Below, piece by piece: positions 23,382 through 36,341 of a DNA stretch of 64,000 nt. A program made the position numbers and the translations under genes. The notes below the pieces were generated by a model that saw nothing but the letters and a program-made list of their open reading frames with translations, made no database searches and was not told the DNA's origin. This DNA is from Macrostomum lignano (lineage: Eukaryota). The DNA lies in the NCBI GenBank assembly GCA_002269645.1, contig NIVC01000538.1, positions 483,497 through 547,496 on the forward strand, written 5' to 3'. How positions within the stretch are numbered: the first letter of the stretch is position 1; every line of letters begins with the position of its first letter.

Positions 23382-26300
23382 TGTTATGTTCTCTTCTTCT
23401 GCTTCTATACCGACTATTGCCTCCAGGCTACCATCTGACATCAAAGTCAAGTCGAAGAAGCATTATTTAAAATACGAGCTGTTCACAAGCTTTATTTGCC
23501 TCTAGCCGGCGCACGTTTTGTTTGCCCTTTGTAATACTGTTAGCCTTCGGCTCTTAAAGAAATAAAAGATTGTACCCTAGACTATAGACAAAAGAAGAGA
23601 AGCATTAGTGCATTTGCTAAACCAAAAGTCCATACACAACATTCCCCCCTTTGTCAATTAACATCTCAACCGGTCCGGTTTCTGCAATTTGTCTCTGTCC
23701 CTCAGTCGTCTAGGTTCTTTAGCCGATGTGTCAGTGCTCTTGCCACGAGTTCCGTCTGAGTCGGTTGTCTGTGGTTCGTCTTGCACGGGCACGCTTTGGG
23801 CTGCTGGATTTGAGATGTCCTCACTCTGCATTTGCTCACGAGCCAAGTCAGTCTGATCGTCCTGATGCCTCTTCATGATTGGTGGAATTCGGGTGGGAAG
23901 AACGTCTGTCTTGACAATTTGATCAACGTGCCTCTTCCAGATTTGACCGTTGACCTGCAGTCTGTAAGACATTGGTCCTGTGCGGGTGACCACCTCGGCA
24001 GGAATCCATCTGTTCTCTTTCTCCCTTCTGAAATCCAGCGTCAGAACTTTTTCCCCCTCCTGGAACTCCCTCGGCGACGCTCCTCTATGGCTTTGTCGTT
24101 CGGTCACATCAGTCTGCTTATCCAGTACTTTTGAGTAGGTGTCCGGCCTAAGAAAGTTCAATTGAGTCCGGCGCTTGTAGCACAGCATCATTTCAGCTGG
24201 CGTCCTACCAGTTGTAGAGTGAGGTGTACTTCTGTATCTGAACAAGAAGTTCTGCATACTCAGTATTGGGTCTCCATGCGTTTTGATTCCGGCTTTAATA
24301 GCAGACTTCGCAGTCTGGACCATCCTTTCGCTAAGTCCATTAGTACGCGGATGTCCAACAGCCGTTTAAATTTGACGAATATTATTTCGCTTCAAAAACG
24401 CACGAAACTCAGATGAGCAGAACTGACTGCCGTTGTCACTTAAGACTTGCTGGGGAATTCCGAACCTTGTGAAAGTATCTCGCAGGCACTCAATTGTCTT
24501 ACTTGTAGTCGCATGTTTCATAGGAAAAATCTCGACCCATTTGCTAGTTGCGTCGACAATGATAAGCCAGAAATATCCATGAAATGGTCCCATGTAGTCC
24601 AGCTGGATTCTTGTCCATGGCTTCTCTGGCCAAACAAGAGGTTGTACAGGTGCCTGTGCAGGTAAATTTCTTTGCAACTGGCAACCTTCACAGCTTCGGA
24701 CTAGGTCTTCGATGGCACTATCGATTCCAGGGAACCAAACATGCAGCCTAGCGATAGACTTCATAGCAACTATTCCAGGGTGTCCGTCGTGAAGCAACTC
24801 CAGAACCATTCGTTGCACACTCCTTGGAATAACGACGCGCAGTCCCCAGAAAATCACTCCTTGCTCGATACAAAGCTCATTTCTTTTACGAAAATACTGT
24901 TCCAAACCTGGCTCACTTGTTTCTGGCCAGCCGTTTTGGCAGTAGTGAACGACTTTTCGAAGTTCTGCGTCCTTCCGTGTCGCGGTTCTAATCGTCTCTG
25001 CTGTGATCGGTAGCATCTCAAGTCTGACTTCCAGAATTTTGTCACATGAGATGTTCTTGGCTCGATCTGGTAAGCGTGAAAGCGCGTCCGCATTTGAATG
25101 GTCCTCTGTCCTTCGAAATTTGATTGTGTATTGGTGGGCGGACAGAAGTACGGCCCAACGCTGAAGACGACTTGCTGCGATGCTAGGGATATCCTTTTTG
25201 TCTCCAAAGATGGTTAGGAGCGGCTTATGGTCCGTCACAAGCACGAAATGATGTCCAAACAGGTACTGGTGGAACCTTTTTACTCCGAGTACTATGGCCA
25301 GCGCTTCCTTCTCCAACTGCGAGTAGTTAATCTCCGGCTTTGATAGCGTCCTCGAAGCATAGGCAACTGGCCTTTCATCACCATTCGGCATCACGTGCGA
25401 GATGACACATCCGATTCCATACTTTGAAGCATCCGTTTGTAGAACGAGCTGCTTCTTCGGATCGAAATGCGCTAGCACTCGGTCAGATGTCAGCGTTTTC
25501 TTCACCCTGTCAAATGCAGCGTTGCACTCCTCACTCCAGCGAAACTCCGATTCCTTGCACAACAGTCGATTGAGCGGTACCAGAATCGACGACAGATTCG
25601 GGATGAACTTCGCGTAGTAGGTTATCATTCCAATTAGAGAGCGAACTTCGGTTGCATTTGTTGGTGCCTGTGCATTGTGAATTGCCTCAACTTTCTCGTT
25701 TGATGGGTGAAGTCCATTTTCGTCAATAACGTATCCGAGGAATGAAATCTTGTTGAGACGAAATTCACACTTCTTTCTGTTTAAATGCACGCCATAATCT
25801 GAAAGGCGCTCCAACACGGCGTTCAACCTATTATCGTGGTCTTCCAGACTGGTTCCAGACACCAGAATATCATCTATGTATACAACGACGTCCAGGCCCT
25901 GCAGTATTTTCTCCATGGCCTCCTGAATCTGAGCCGGTGCGGATGCCAGTCCCATTGTGAGTCGGTTATATTGAAACAGACCGAGATGAGTGTTGATAGT
26001 GGTAAACCTTCTACAGGATTCTTCCAACTCAAGCTGCAGGAATGCTTGCGAGATGTCCAGTTTGGTAAAATATTTCCCGCCATTTAATGTTGCAAAAATT
26101 TCTTCTAGTCGTGGCAGAGGATACTTGTCGACCTCTAATTGTGGATTGACTGTCCTTTTAAAGTCAGCGCAAATTCTCACTGATTTTCCATCGCGCTTGA
26201 GAACAGGAACGATTGGCGATGCGAAATCCGATGCCTTCACCTTCGTGATGATTCCTTGGGCTTGCAAACTCTTGAGCTCGTCCTCAATGAGACCTTTGAT

Positions 26301-27976
26301 TGCAAATGGAACTGGCCGACTTTTGAAATACTTTGGTATTAAATTCTCCTTCAGCACTATATTGGCCTTCAATCCTTTAATGGTTCCCAATGTCTCAGCA
26401 AACACTTGCTCATGCTTCCTTACCAATAGATCCATAGGCTGGACTAATGTGGTCACGTTCACACTCGCAAACTTGTCCCAGTCAATCTTGATCTTAGAAA
26501 GCCAGTCGCGTCCAAGCAGATTTACTCGTTCTCCTTTGACAATCAGTACAGGCAATTGGTAAAGCCTGACGTTGTGGCTAACCACGTCGATTGTTGCTTC
26601 ACCTAATACTGGGATTGAGTGATCCGTGTAGATGGACAACCTTAAGGTAGTCCTTGAAAGCTTCAGGCCTAGTTGCTTGCTGGTCTTCTCGTTGATTAGG
26701 GTTTTATCCGCACCAGTATCCACTTGAAATCTTACAGCTTTTCCGTTCAGTTCCAGTTCGCACTCGTATGGTGGAGAAGTGACATGCGCGACCTGTCCAG
26801 TCGAGCACACTGTCCTGACTTCAAAGCACTCCCTGTGGTGTCCCTGACTCGTACAGTTTGAGTCCCTGCTGTGTGAGCTGGTTGAACTAGCTTTGTCCTG
26901 TGCATAGTGCACTCTGCCGTGTCTCTTATGTCTGGACAAGCTGAGTTTCTTTTGCTTTCCACCTCCGGAATCTTTAGTCCTGTCCCTTGTGCGGCAGGCA
27001 TCACTTTTATGTCCCACTCGACCGCACTTGCTGCACTTCTTGCTACGGTAGGGGCAGTTCTTTGCCCAGTGATCTTGTGCATTGCAGCGGAAGCATCCAG
27101 ATTGATTGTTTCTGTTGTTCTTCTCTGACAAGCCGTCTGTCAGATTTTTACTGGCTCTCGAAGACTTCACCGCCTGGATTGCACCGGTTGACGAAATTGT
27201 CACCACACCTCTTTCCGCTGCTTCCATCGCAGTCGCAAGGGTAAGTGCTCCAGTTAGTGTCAGTGTGTCTTCTTGCAACAGACGCTGCTGTGTCAGGCGA
27301 TTCCTTAGGCCGACAACGAACCTGTCTCTCAGTGCCTCGTCCAAGAATTCATTAAAACCACACGTGGCAGCCAACTTCCGCAGACTTGCGATGAAATCGC
27401 TCACATTTTCTCCTTCATGTTGGGCTCTGCTGTGGAAGTTGAATCTCTCGACAACGATCTTAGGCCTTGGGTTAAAATGCTCCCTCGGGGCCTTGACTTG
27501 ATCGTCGAAGTTCACATCCTTGGGCTTCTTTGGTGACAGCAGGTTGCGGAGCAATTGATAGCAGTCATTACCAATCACTGTAATCAGATTTGCTCGCTTA
27601 TGTGCCTCCTCGGTCACTTTGTTTACGACGAGAAACTGCTCGAGTCGTTCTTCATAAGCTTCCCATTGCTCCGGTTTAGCCACGTCGAACTCTCCGATTT
27701 TTACACTCGTCGCCATTGTTATGTTCTCTTCTTCTGCTTCTATACCGACTATTGCCTCCAGGCTACCATCTGACATCAAAGTCAAGTCGAAGAAGCATTA
27801 TTTAAAATACGAGCTGTTCACAAGCTTTATTTGCCTCTAGCCGGCGCACGTTTTGTTTGCCCTTTGTAATACTGTTAGCCTTCGGCTCTTAAAGAAATAA
27901 AAGATTGTACCCTAGACTATAGACAAAAGAAGAGAAGCATTAGTGCATTTGCTAAACCAAAAGTCCATACACAACA
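23382..27976 (-). mobile_element. Full-length Ty3/Gypsy LTR retrotransposon (Mag-like, 4595 bp)
   Basis: Identical 260-bp TG..CA LTRs (23382-23641, 27717-27976); 5-bp TSD GGGTG; PBS TGGCGACGAG; PPT at 23642-23652; gag-pol with two CCHC knuckles, protease DTGA, RT YIDD, RNase H and integrase. Confidence 0.97.
23658..27716 (-). pseudogene. Gypsy gag-pol single ORF with one in-frame TAA at 24366-24368 in the integrase core
   Basis: ..RNNIRQI-TAA-TAVGHPRTNGLSERMVQT.. continues in the same frame to 23658. Confidence 0.88.
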
Positions 27977-28727
27977 GGGTGGCTGTTTTCGAACAGGGTT
28001 GAATTTGACAATGGTTCGAGTTAAAGGGTGATTCAGCATTCAGTATAGGAGCTTCGAGGGGATGGTTTACTGTAATTAAAGCGCGACGAAGCGTCTTGTA
28101 TCATACCCACCGTCAATAGAAATATAAAGCACTGCTTCAACACAGTCCTGCATTTGGGGTCTGACTTGGGGAGAGGCTTGGATGACGCAACCTCCACCCC
28201 ATCGCTTGGCGAGAGTTTGTACAGGCCCGCCTCTATATGAAAGTATGTGTATTTTATAAGTGATTTCGAATAAATTATCAGCATATTCAAACCTACATTC
28301 TCCGAGGGTGAAAATGTACATACCTAATTTTTGGGTATGTAGCAGATATGAGTATAGAGGCTGTCGATGTACATATAGACTCCGACCAGTATTATTCAAA
28401 TCTGTCTCTGAGAATGTACATTGGAAATATACATTACGATGTGAGCTACTCAATTAGTTGACTCATTTGGCAGTAGTAGATGAGATTGTACAACTGTACA
28501 TGTAGTAGGGTTTCAAGTTGTACATGTAATCTTGGTGATTCATACGCAGAGCGCGGGCCGTCTTGGGATTAATGTATGACACTGTACATGTAGATGTAGA
28601 TTAATGTACATGTAGAAGTATGTACTGCGTACATATAGAATTGGGGATAGACATGTACAATGTACAATTTGAGATAGATAGGGATTATTGCAGTACATGG
28701 ATTAATGTACATATACGACTACATATA

Positions 28728-29001
28728 TGTAAAGGCTCAATTAATTGCGAATGGAAAAAAAGCTTAGGCTTCCACTTAGCCTTGCGTGCTATTATATATT
28801 GTGGTTGATCGATATGCAATACGATGTACATAATGCTAGAAGGGCCAAAGCTCAAGCCGATTGGCTGCAGAGGAGAGAAGAACTGAATGGGGTGGGGGTT
28901 TAAATATTGCAAGGGCCGAAGGGTTAAGTTGGCTGGCGGGAGAGAGAGTACATTGAACAGCGGGGCTGACAAGAGCGCGCAGCGCACGGGGACGGCTCAC
29001 A
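28728..29001. mobile_element. Solo LTR (274 bp) inserted in the right TIR
   Basis: TGT...ACA ends; 5-bp TSD ATATA (28723-27, 29002-06); absent from the left TIR, which shows the empty site. Confidence 0.82.
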
Positions 29002-29268
29002 ATATACACATATCACGCTTAGGATAGCGTTTTCATATACTACTTACTTCATTTTCAGATAGTAGTATAATTTGCGTTTTTTGCGTCAAATCTGCCTAAA
29101 AATCAACACTTAACTGCACGTTACGTAGTGAAGTTTTTGAATAGGTTCATTAGTGCGATGCGGCCCTTTACACGGGCCTGACTTACCACGCCACCAAATT
29201 GTGACCCGTTATGGAAATCAAGAATTTTGCCTTAGGCCGACAATACATAGGACCTGTGGCGATCAAAT

Positions 29269-29460
29269 GAGTGCCTGCGGCGCCTAAATGAGTGCCTGCA
29301 GCGCCAAACTGAGTGCCTGCGACGCTAAAGTGAGTGCCTGCGACGCTAAAGTGAGTGCCTGCAGCGCCAAAATGAGTGCCTGCAGCGCTAAACTGAGTGC
29401 CTGCGGCGCCAAAATGAGTGCCTGCAGCGCCAAAATAAATGTTTGCGGCGCTAAAATGAG
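29269..29460. repeat. 21-bp minisatellite (gagtgcctgcagcgccaaaat)
   Basis: About 9 tandem units. Confidence 0.9.
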
Positions 29461-31494
29461 CGGGGGAGCGGCGGAATGATGGGGGAGTCGCAATCCGGGG
29501 ATCAAGAAACGACGGTCAGGCCAGGGAGAGAGCAAGTTCTTGGCCGGTCTCCAGAAAGGATTAGTCCGAGCGGGCCAAAAACACCGGTTTAAATAGCCGC
29601 CAACTGGACCGCAGTTTGTTATAATGGAACACGTCGATTCTGATTGTCTGAGCCGATTTGTTAAAATGAGCGTCGAATTCTCTGATTGGCTGAGCTTGTT
29701 GCCCCCCAAAGTCACGTGACCGGGAGATCCTATATCAGTTCCCTCGGGGTCGTAAAAATATGACAGGTGCGGCCATAAATCAATCAAAATCGCAACAAAA
29801 TGATTTATGACTTTTCGCGTAGAATTGACAAAAATTATTGAAAAAATATACATCAGAAAGCTCTTATTAAGTAGAAAGTGAAGGTAATGAAGAGAAATTG
29901 CTAATCGCTAATCCCAACGTATGTACTTTTAGGGGTAAAACGCATAGCTGTCAAAGCTGTCACACGCTTGAGTGAACACGAACAATAGGCCCTGACCTCA
30001 TAAATCTGATGGCCTGCCAAAATGATGAGAAAAAAGCTATCATTCGCATCCTCTCAGACCATCTGGCGCCAGCCCCAGCACTGAGTGAGGCGCAGGTGGC
30101 TGTCAGACCAGCTCAGACGCAATGATTTATGACCCAAAAGCGAAAAACCGCGCCTATGTTATTTTAACTACCAGTATGGCAGATTAATATAGCTACAGAA
30201 GTCCTACTAATATGAATTCTAGAAAAATTACAAAAGAGGAAGAAAAACGCCCATAGCCTGCTGTTAGTAGGCTAGCAAGTTTGGAACCCATGTGCGAGCG
30301 TGAAATTTGGAAAAAAAAGTGCGTCCTCATCAGGATGTACATGTAGAATTTTTGGCTTTGTCCCCCACCATAAATCCATGGCGACGCCCGCAGCCACCAC
30401 GAGGAACCAGATTAAAAGCATGCGCAAAAAGAGATCAAGTCACTTCGTTCCATCGATCAAAACTTCGGTAAAAAACTCCATAGAAGACAATTATTTCGAA
30501 TTAACAGCTAAACAATATCTGTGCATGTAAATTTATACTCTTAGTTACGAGTATCTGCATGCAGGATCGTAAACATTCAAGCAACTTCGATATCTTCGTG
30601 TCAATTTGAAATAAAGGTACACGCAGCGCACTTGAAAGACAGAAATTACTCGAAAATGCATTGAATACAAGCATTCATTTTCTCATACAAATTTAATTTA
30701 ACTTCAGCCAGATTACACATGCAGGTATACATAGAGCTCCTGTGGTAAAATCTGATTGGTCGGTCAGTCAGGCGGAGCTGCAGGGTGTAAAACTATACGC
30801 ATGAAAGCTGTATAAATCGAAACACGAAATATACTACTGAGTTTTATTCCTTTTCTTTGCCGCACGTTTTCAACCTGAATTTACACACGGAGAGACTGAA
30901 CGCTAAGGACGCCAGGACGAACAATGTGCCGCTGGGGCTGCGCAATCTTTGATTCGGTGAGAATAATTCTGTTGCAGTTTCTGTTGGCTTTAATTGCTAA
31001 TTTCTGCCTTTAGTACGAAGCTATACATCGAAAGCAGAAATATATAGACACTGAGACCAGTGACATCGGAAAAGTTGTGCTGTTTTACTCACTCGCTTGC
31101 CCGTAACTTCCCTCAGTGACAAGCAAGTCAGCAAGTACAGCAGTATATCCGCTTGATTGTGCTTTTGTGTGCCAAGGGAAATTGCTTGCATAGCTAGTGC
31201 AGCATTACATGTGCCTACAATATAGGTGCGCGCATGTACACAGTTCCTCACTTAATCTCGTGTTTGCCTCTAGTCAACAGGTGAATTAAGCCTGAACGCA
31301 TAGGCGAGTCCTAGTTAGCAGGAATACGGATGCACAGAGAGAAACTTAGCGGCGGCTAAAATGCTAAAGTTCTCATATTAAAAGTCGGGGGACAATGACA
31401 AACTGCATGGCATTGCAATCCGACCGATAATTGCGCCCTGAACCTGGGATTCGTGTGCCTCACACCCAGACAGTCAGTTGTATGCACAGATACC

Positions 31495-31750
31495 TTACCA
31501 TGATCCCATGTATCTCAGATATGTACAGGTACAACTTACCATGATTCCATGTATGTACAGGTACACATTACCATGATTCCATGTATGTACAGGTACACCT
31601 TTACCATGATTCCATGTATGTACAGGTACAACTTTACCATGCTTCCACGTACGTATGTACAGATACACCTTACCATGATTCAATGTATGTACTGGCCACA
31701 TCTTATCATGATCCAGTGTATGTACATGTACAGGTAACACCTTACCAAAG
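31495..31750. repeat. ~33-34-bp degenerate minisatellite (ttaccatgattccatgtatgtacaggtacac)
   Basis: About 7 tandem units. Confidence 0.85.
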
Positions 31751-32396
31751 TCCTGTGTAATCTCGCGAAACAAATGCTACAATGGACTTTGTTTTAGTAT
31801 AGCAAAGCTGTTGGACTGCATGGTAAGCATACAACCAATTGGCACAGCAAATGCAATGAAATCATACAAAATGTTGGATTTGCCACGCAAACAGTGAAAC
31901 AACGCAATTTAAAAAAACCCATCTGAGGTTTTGGCTATGAAAATGAAAGCGTTTCTTTGCTTCATCAACTATGTGAAGCTGCGGGCCCAATCTGTCAGCC
32001 AGCTGACAAAACACTGCCTGGGGCCGGGTACCCCAAACCAGAGACCGCTTCGCAGATGCAGCTGCGCTTGAGAGCTCATTAATTATTCATGAGCCTTTTT
32101 TATAGCAATGGAAATATTTTTAAGCCTTCACAGAATCCCGTTTGGAAAAAAATTGGGAGCCGGTGGGGCAGACGTCGTCTGATGATTGAATCTTTTTACA
32201 GCAATAGAAGTTTTTCTAAATTCCTGCTTGATAGTTATATGCTGCAACTAGATAAGATTTGAATAGAGTAACTATATTGTACTCGATAATTACCAAATTA
32301 GGGAAGCTTAATTTTTAAAAGATTGTCCTATATCTTGAAATTTTTAAGGCTGGATTCCAAAATGCAATTTTAATTGCAGATAATTGGGGACACTCG

Positions 32397-35300
32397 GGGG
32401 CGATTCTGAGGTAGCCAAGGGGCGATTCTGAGGTTGCTAAGGAGTGATTCTAAGGTTGATAAGAGGCGATTCTGAGGTTGCTAAGGGGCGATTCTGAGGT
32501 TGCTAAGGAGTGATTCTAAGGTTGCTAAAAAGGGGCGATTCTGAGGTTGCTAAAAGGGGCGATTCTGAGGTAGCCAAGGGGCGATTCTGAGGTTGCTAAG
32601 GGGCGATTCTGAGGTTGCTAAAAGGGGCGATTCTGAGGTAGCCAAGGGGCAATTCTGAGGTTGCCAAGGGGCGATTCTGAGGTTGCTAAAAGGGGCGATT
32701 CTGAAGTTGCCAAGGGGCGATTCTGAGGTTGCTAAAAGGAGCGATTCTGAGGTTGCTAAAAGGGGCGATTCTGAGGTTGCCAAGGGGCGATTCTGAGGTT
32801 GCTAAAAGGGGCGATTCTGAGGTTGCCAAGGGGCGATTCTGAGGTTGCTAAAAGGGGCGATTCTGAGGTAGCCAAGGGGCGATTCTGAGGTAGCCAAGGG
32901 GCGATTCTGAGGTTGCTAAAAGGGGCGATTCTGAGGTTGCCATGGGGCGATTCTGAGGTTGCTAAAAGGGGCGATTCTGAGGTTGCTAAGGGGCGATTCT
33001 GAGGTTGCTAAAAGGGGCGATTCTGAGGTTGCTAAAAGGGGCGATTCTGAGGTTGCCAAGGGGCGATTCTGAGGTTGCTAAAAGGGGCGATTCTGAGGTT
33101 GCCAAGGGGCGATTCTGAGGTTGCTAAAAGGGGCGATTCTGAGGTTGCCAAAAGCGATTCTGAGGTTGCCAAGGGGCGATTCTGAGGTTGCTAAAGGGGG
33201 CGATTCTGAGGTTGCCAAGGGGCGATTCTGAGGTTGCTAAAAGGGGCGATTCTGAGGTTGCCAAAAGCGATTCTGAGGTTGCCAAGGGGCGATTCTGAGG
33301 TTGCTAAAAGGGGCGATTCTGAGGTTGCTAAAAGGAGCGATTCTGAGGTTGCCAAGGGTCGATTCTGAGGTTGCCAAGGGGCGATTCTGAGGTTGCCAAG
33401 AGCGATTCTGATGTTGCTAAAATGGGCGATTCTGAGGTTGCTAAAAAGGGTCGATTCTGAGGTTGCCAAGGGGCGATTCTGAGGTTGCTAAAAAGGGTCC
33501 ATTCTGAGGTTGCTAAAAGGAGCGATTCTGAGGTTGCTAAAAGGGGCGATTCTGAGGTTGCCAAAAGCGATTCTAAGGTTGCCAAGGGGCGATTCTGAGG
33601 TTGCTAAAAGGGGCGATTCTGAGGTTGCCAAGGGGCGATTCTGAGGTTGCTAAAAAGGGTCGATTCTGAGGTAGCCAAGGGGCGATTCTGAGGTTGCTAA
33701 AAGGGGCGATTCTGAGGTTGCCAAGGGGCGATTCTGAGGTTGCTAAAAAGGGTCGATTCTGAGGTAGCCAAGGGGCGATTCTGAGGTTGCTAAAAGGGGC
33801 GATTCTGAGGTTGCCAAGGGGCGATTCTGAGGTTGCTAAAAGGGGCGATTCTGAGGTTGCCAAAAGCGATTCTGAGGTTGCTAAAAGGGGCGATTCTGAG
33901 GTTGCCAAAAGCGATTCTGAGGTTGCCAAGGGGCGATTGTGAGGTTGCTAAAAGGAGCGATTTTGAGGTTGCTAAAAGGAGCGATTCTGAGGTTGCCAAG
34001 GGGCGATTCTGAGGTTGCCAAGGGGCGATTCTGAGGTTGCCAAGGGCGATTCTGAGGTTGCCAAGGGCGATTCTGATGTTGCTAAAATGGGCGATTCTGA
34101 GGTTGCTAAAAAGGGTCGATTCTGAGGTTGCCAAGGGGCGATTCTGAGGTTGCTAAAAGGGGCGATTCTGAGGTTGCCAAAAGCGATTCTGAGGTAGCCA
34201 AGGGCGATTCTGATGTTGCTAAAATGGGCGATTCTGAGGTTGCCAAGGGGCGATTCTGAGGTTGCTAAAAGGAGCGATTCTGAGGTTGCTAAAAGGGGCG
34301 ATTCTGAGGTTGCTAAAAGGGGCGATTCTGAGGTTGCCAAGGGGCGATTCTGAGGTTGCTAAAAGGGGCGATTCTGAGGTTGCTAAAAGGGGCGATTCTG
34401 AGGTTGCTAAGGGGCGATTCTGAGGTTGCTAAAAGGGGCGATTCTGAGGTTGCCAAGGGGCGATTCTGAGGTTGCTAAAAGGGGCGATTCTGAGGTTGCC
34501 AAAAGCGATTCTGAGGTTGCCAAGGGGCGATTCTGAGGTTGCTAAAATGGGCGATTCTGAGGTTGCTAAAAGGAGCGATTCTGAGGTTGCTAAAATGGGC
34601 GATTCTGAGGTTGCTAAAAAGGGTCGATTCTGAGGTTGCCAAGGGGCGATTCTGAGGTTGCTAAAAGGGGCGATTCTGAGGTTGCCAAAAGCGATTCTGA
34701 GGTAGCCAAGGGGCGATTCTGAGGTTGCTAAAAGGGGCGATTCTGAGGTTGCCAAAAGCGATTCTGAGGTTGCCAAGGGGCGATTCTGAGGTTGCTAAAA
34801 TGGGCGATTCTGAGGTTGCTAAAAGGAGCGATTCTGAGGTTGCTAAAATGGGCGATTCTGAGGTTGCTAAAAAGGGTCGATTCTGAGGTTGCCAAGGGGC
34901 GATTCTGAGGTTGCTAAAAGGGGCGATTCTGAGGTTGCCAAAAGCGATTCTGAGGTAGCCAAGGGCGATTCTGATGTTGCTAAAATGGGCGATTCTGAGG
35001 TTGCCAAGGGGCGATTCTGAGGTTGCTAAAAGGAGCGATTCTGAGGTTGCTAAAAGGGGCGATTCTGAGGTTGCTAAAAGGGGCGATTCTGAGGTTGCTA
35101 AAAAGGGTCGATTCTGAGGTAGCCAAGGGGCGATTCTGAGGTTGCTAAAAGGGGCGATTCTGAGGTTGCCAAGGGGCGATTCTGAGGTTGCTAAAAAGGG
35201 TCGATTCTGAGGTAGCCAAGGGGCGATTCTGAGGTTGCTAAAAGGGGCGATTCTGAGGTTGCCAAGGGGCGATTCTGAGGTTGCTAAAAGGGGCGATTCT

Positions 35301-36090
35301 GAGGTTGCCAAAAGCGATTCTGAGGTTGCTAAAAGGGGCGATTCTGAGGTTGCCAAAAGCGATTCTGAGGTTGCCAAGGGGCGATTGTGAGGTTGCTAAA
35401 AGGAGCGATTTTGAGGTTGCTAAAAGGAGCGATTCTGAGGTTGCCAAGGGGCGATTCTGAGGTTGCTAAAAGGGGCGATTCTGAGGTTGCCAAGGGGCGA
35501 TTCTGAGGTTGCCAAGGGGCGATTCTGAGGTTGCCAATGGGCGATTCTGAGGTTGCTAAAAGGGGCGATTCTGAGGTAGCCAAGGGGCGATTCTGAGGTT
35601 GCTAAAAGGGGCGATTCTGAGGTAGCCAAGGGGCGATTCTGAGGTAGCCAAGGGGCGATTCTGAGGTTGCTAAAAGGGGCGATTCTGAGGTTGCTAAAAG
35701 GAGCGATTCTGAGGTTGCCAAGGGGCGATTCTGAGGTAGCCAAGGGGCGATTCTGAGGTTGCTAAAAGGGGCGATTCTGAGGTTGCCAAGGGGCGATTCT
35801 GAGGTAGCCAAGGGGCGATTCTGAGGTTGCTAAAAGGGGCGATTCTGAGGTTGCCAAGGGGCGATTCTGAGGTAGCCAAGGGGCGATTCTGAGGTTGCTA
35901 AAAGGGGCGATTCTGAGGTTGCCAAGGGGCGATTCTGAGGTAGCCAAGGGGCGATTCTGAGGTTGCTAAAAGGGGCGATTCTGAGGTTGCCAAGGGGCGA
36001 TTCTGAGGTAGCCAAGGGGCGATTCTGAGGTTGCTAAAAGGGGCGATTCTGAGGTTGCCAAGGGCGATTCTGAGGTTGCCAAGGGGCAAT
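32397..36090. repeat. 3.7-kb satellite of 21-25-bp units (ggggcgattctgaggttgc[taaaa/caa])
   Basis: Visible periodicity with internal higher-order duplications. Confidence 0.97.
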
Positions 36091-36341
36091 TCTATTGTTG
36101 ATTCCTATATAGTCTTAATAGATGTGCCATCAAGTAATCAAACGTGATGCTCAACACATACTTTGTTAATCTGAACTGCATATTCAGTCAATAACTCTTT
36201 TAAGACATAAAATAAGCAACAATATAAAGCAGGAAATCTTTTAAGTCCCTGGGTTAGATTCAGGGGCAAATCCAGAAGCACAAATTGTGCCTGTCAATGA
36301 GAAATTCGGGGTCGCAGTGTCTCCCCGCCTCCTCTCTCGCA

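Larger units (their letters stand above)
14217..29129. mobile_element. Large long-TIR DNA element with 6-bp TSD (Polinton/Maverick-like ends, non-autonomous); ~6 kb once nested insertions are removed
   Basis: Left TIR 14217-15099. Right TIR 23370-23381 + 27982-28727 + 29007-29129. Termini ACTACGTAACG / CGTTACGTAGT. GAAGTT at 14211-14216 and 29130-29135. Confidence 0.85.

Noticed and set aside
32550-36089. MATSESPL.. ORF family
   Set aside because: Translations of the satellite using alternative starts; no coding evidence.
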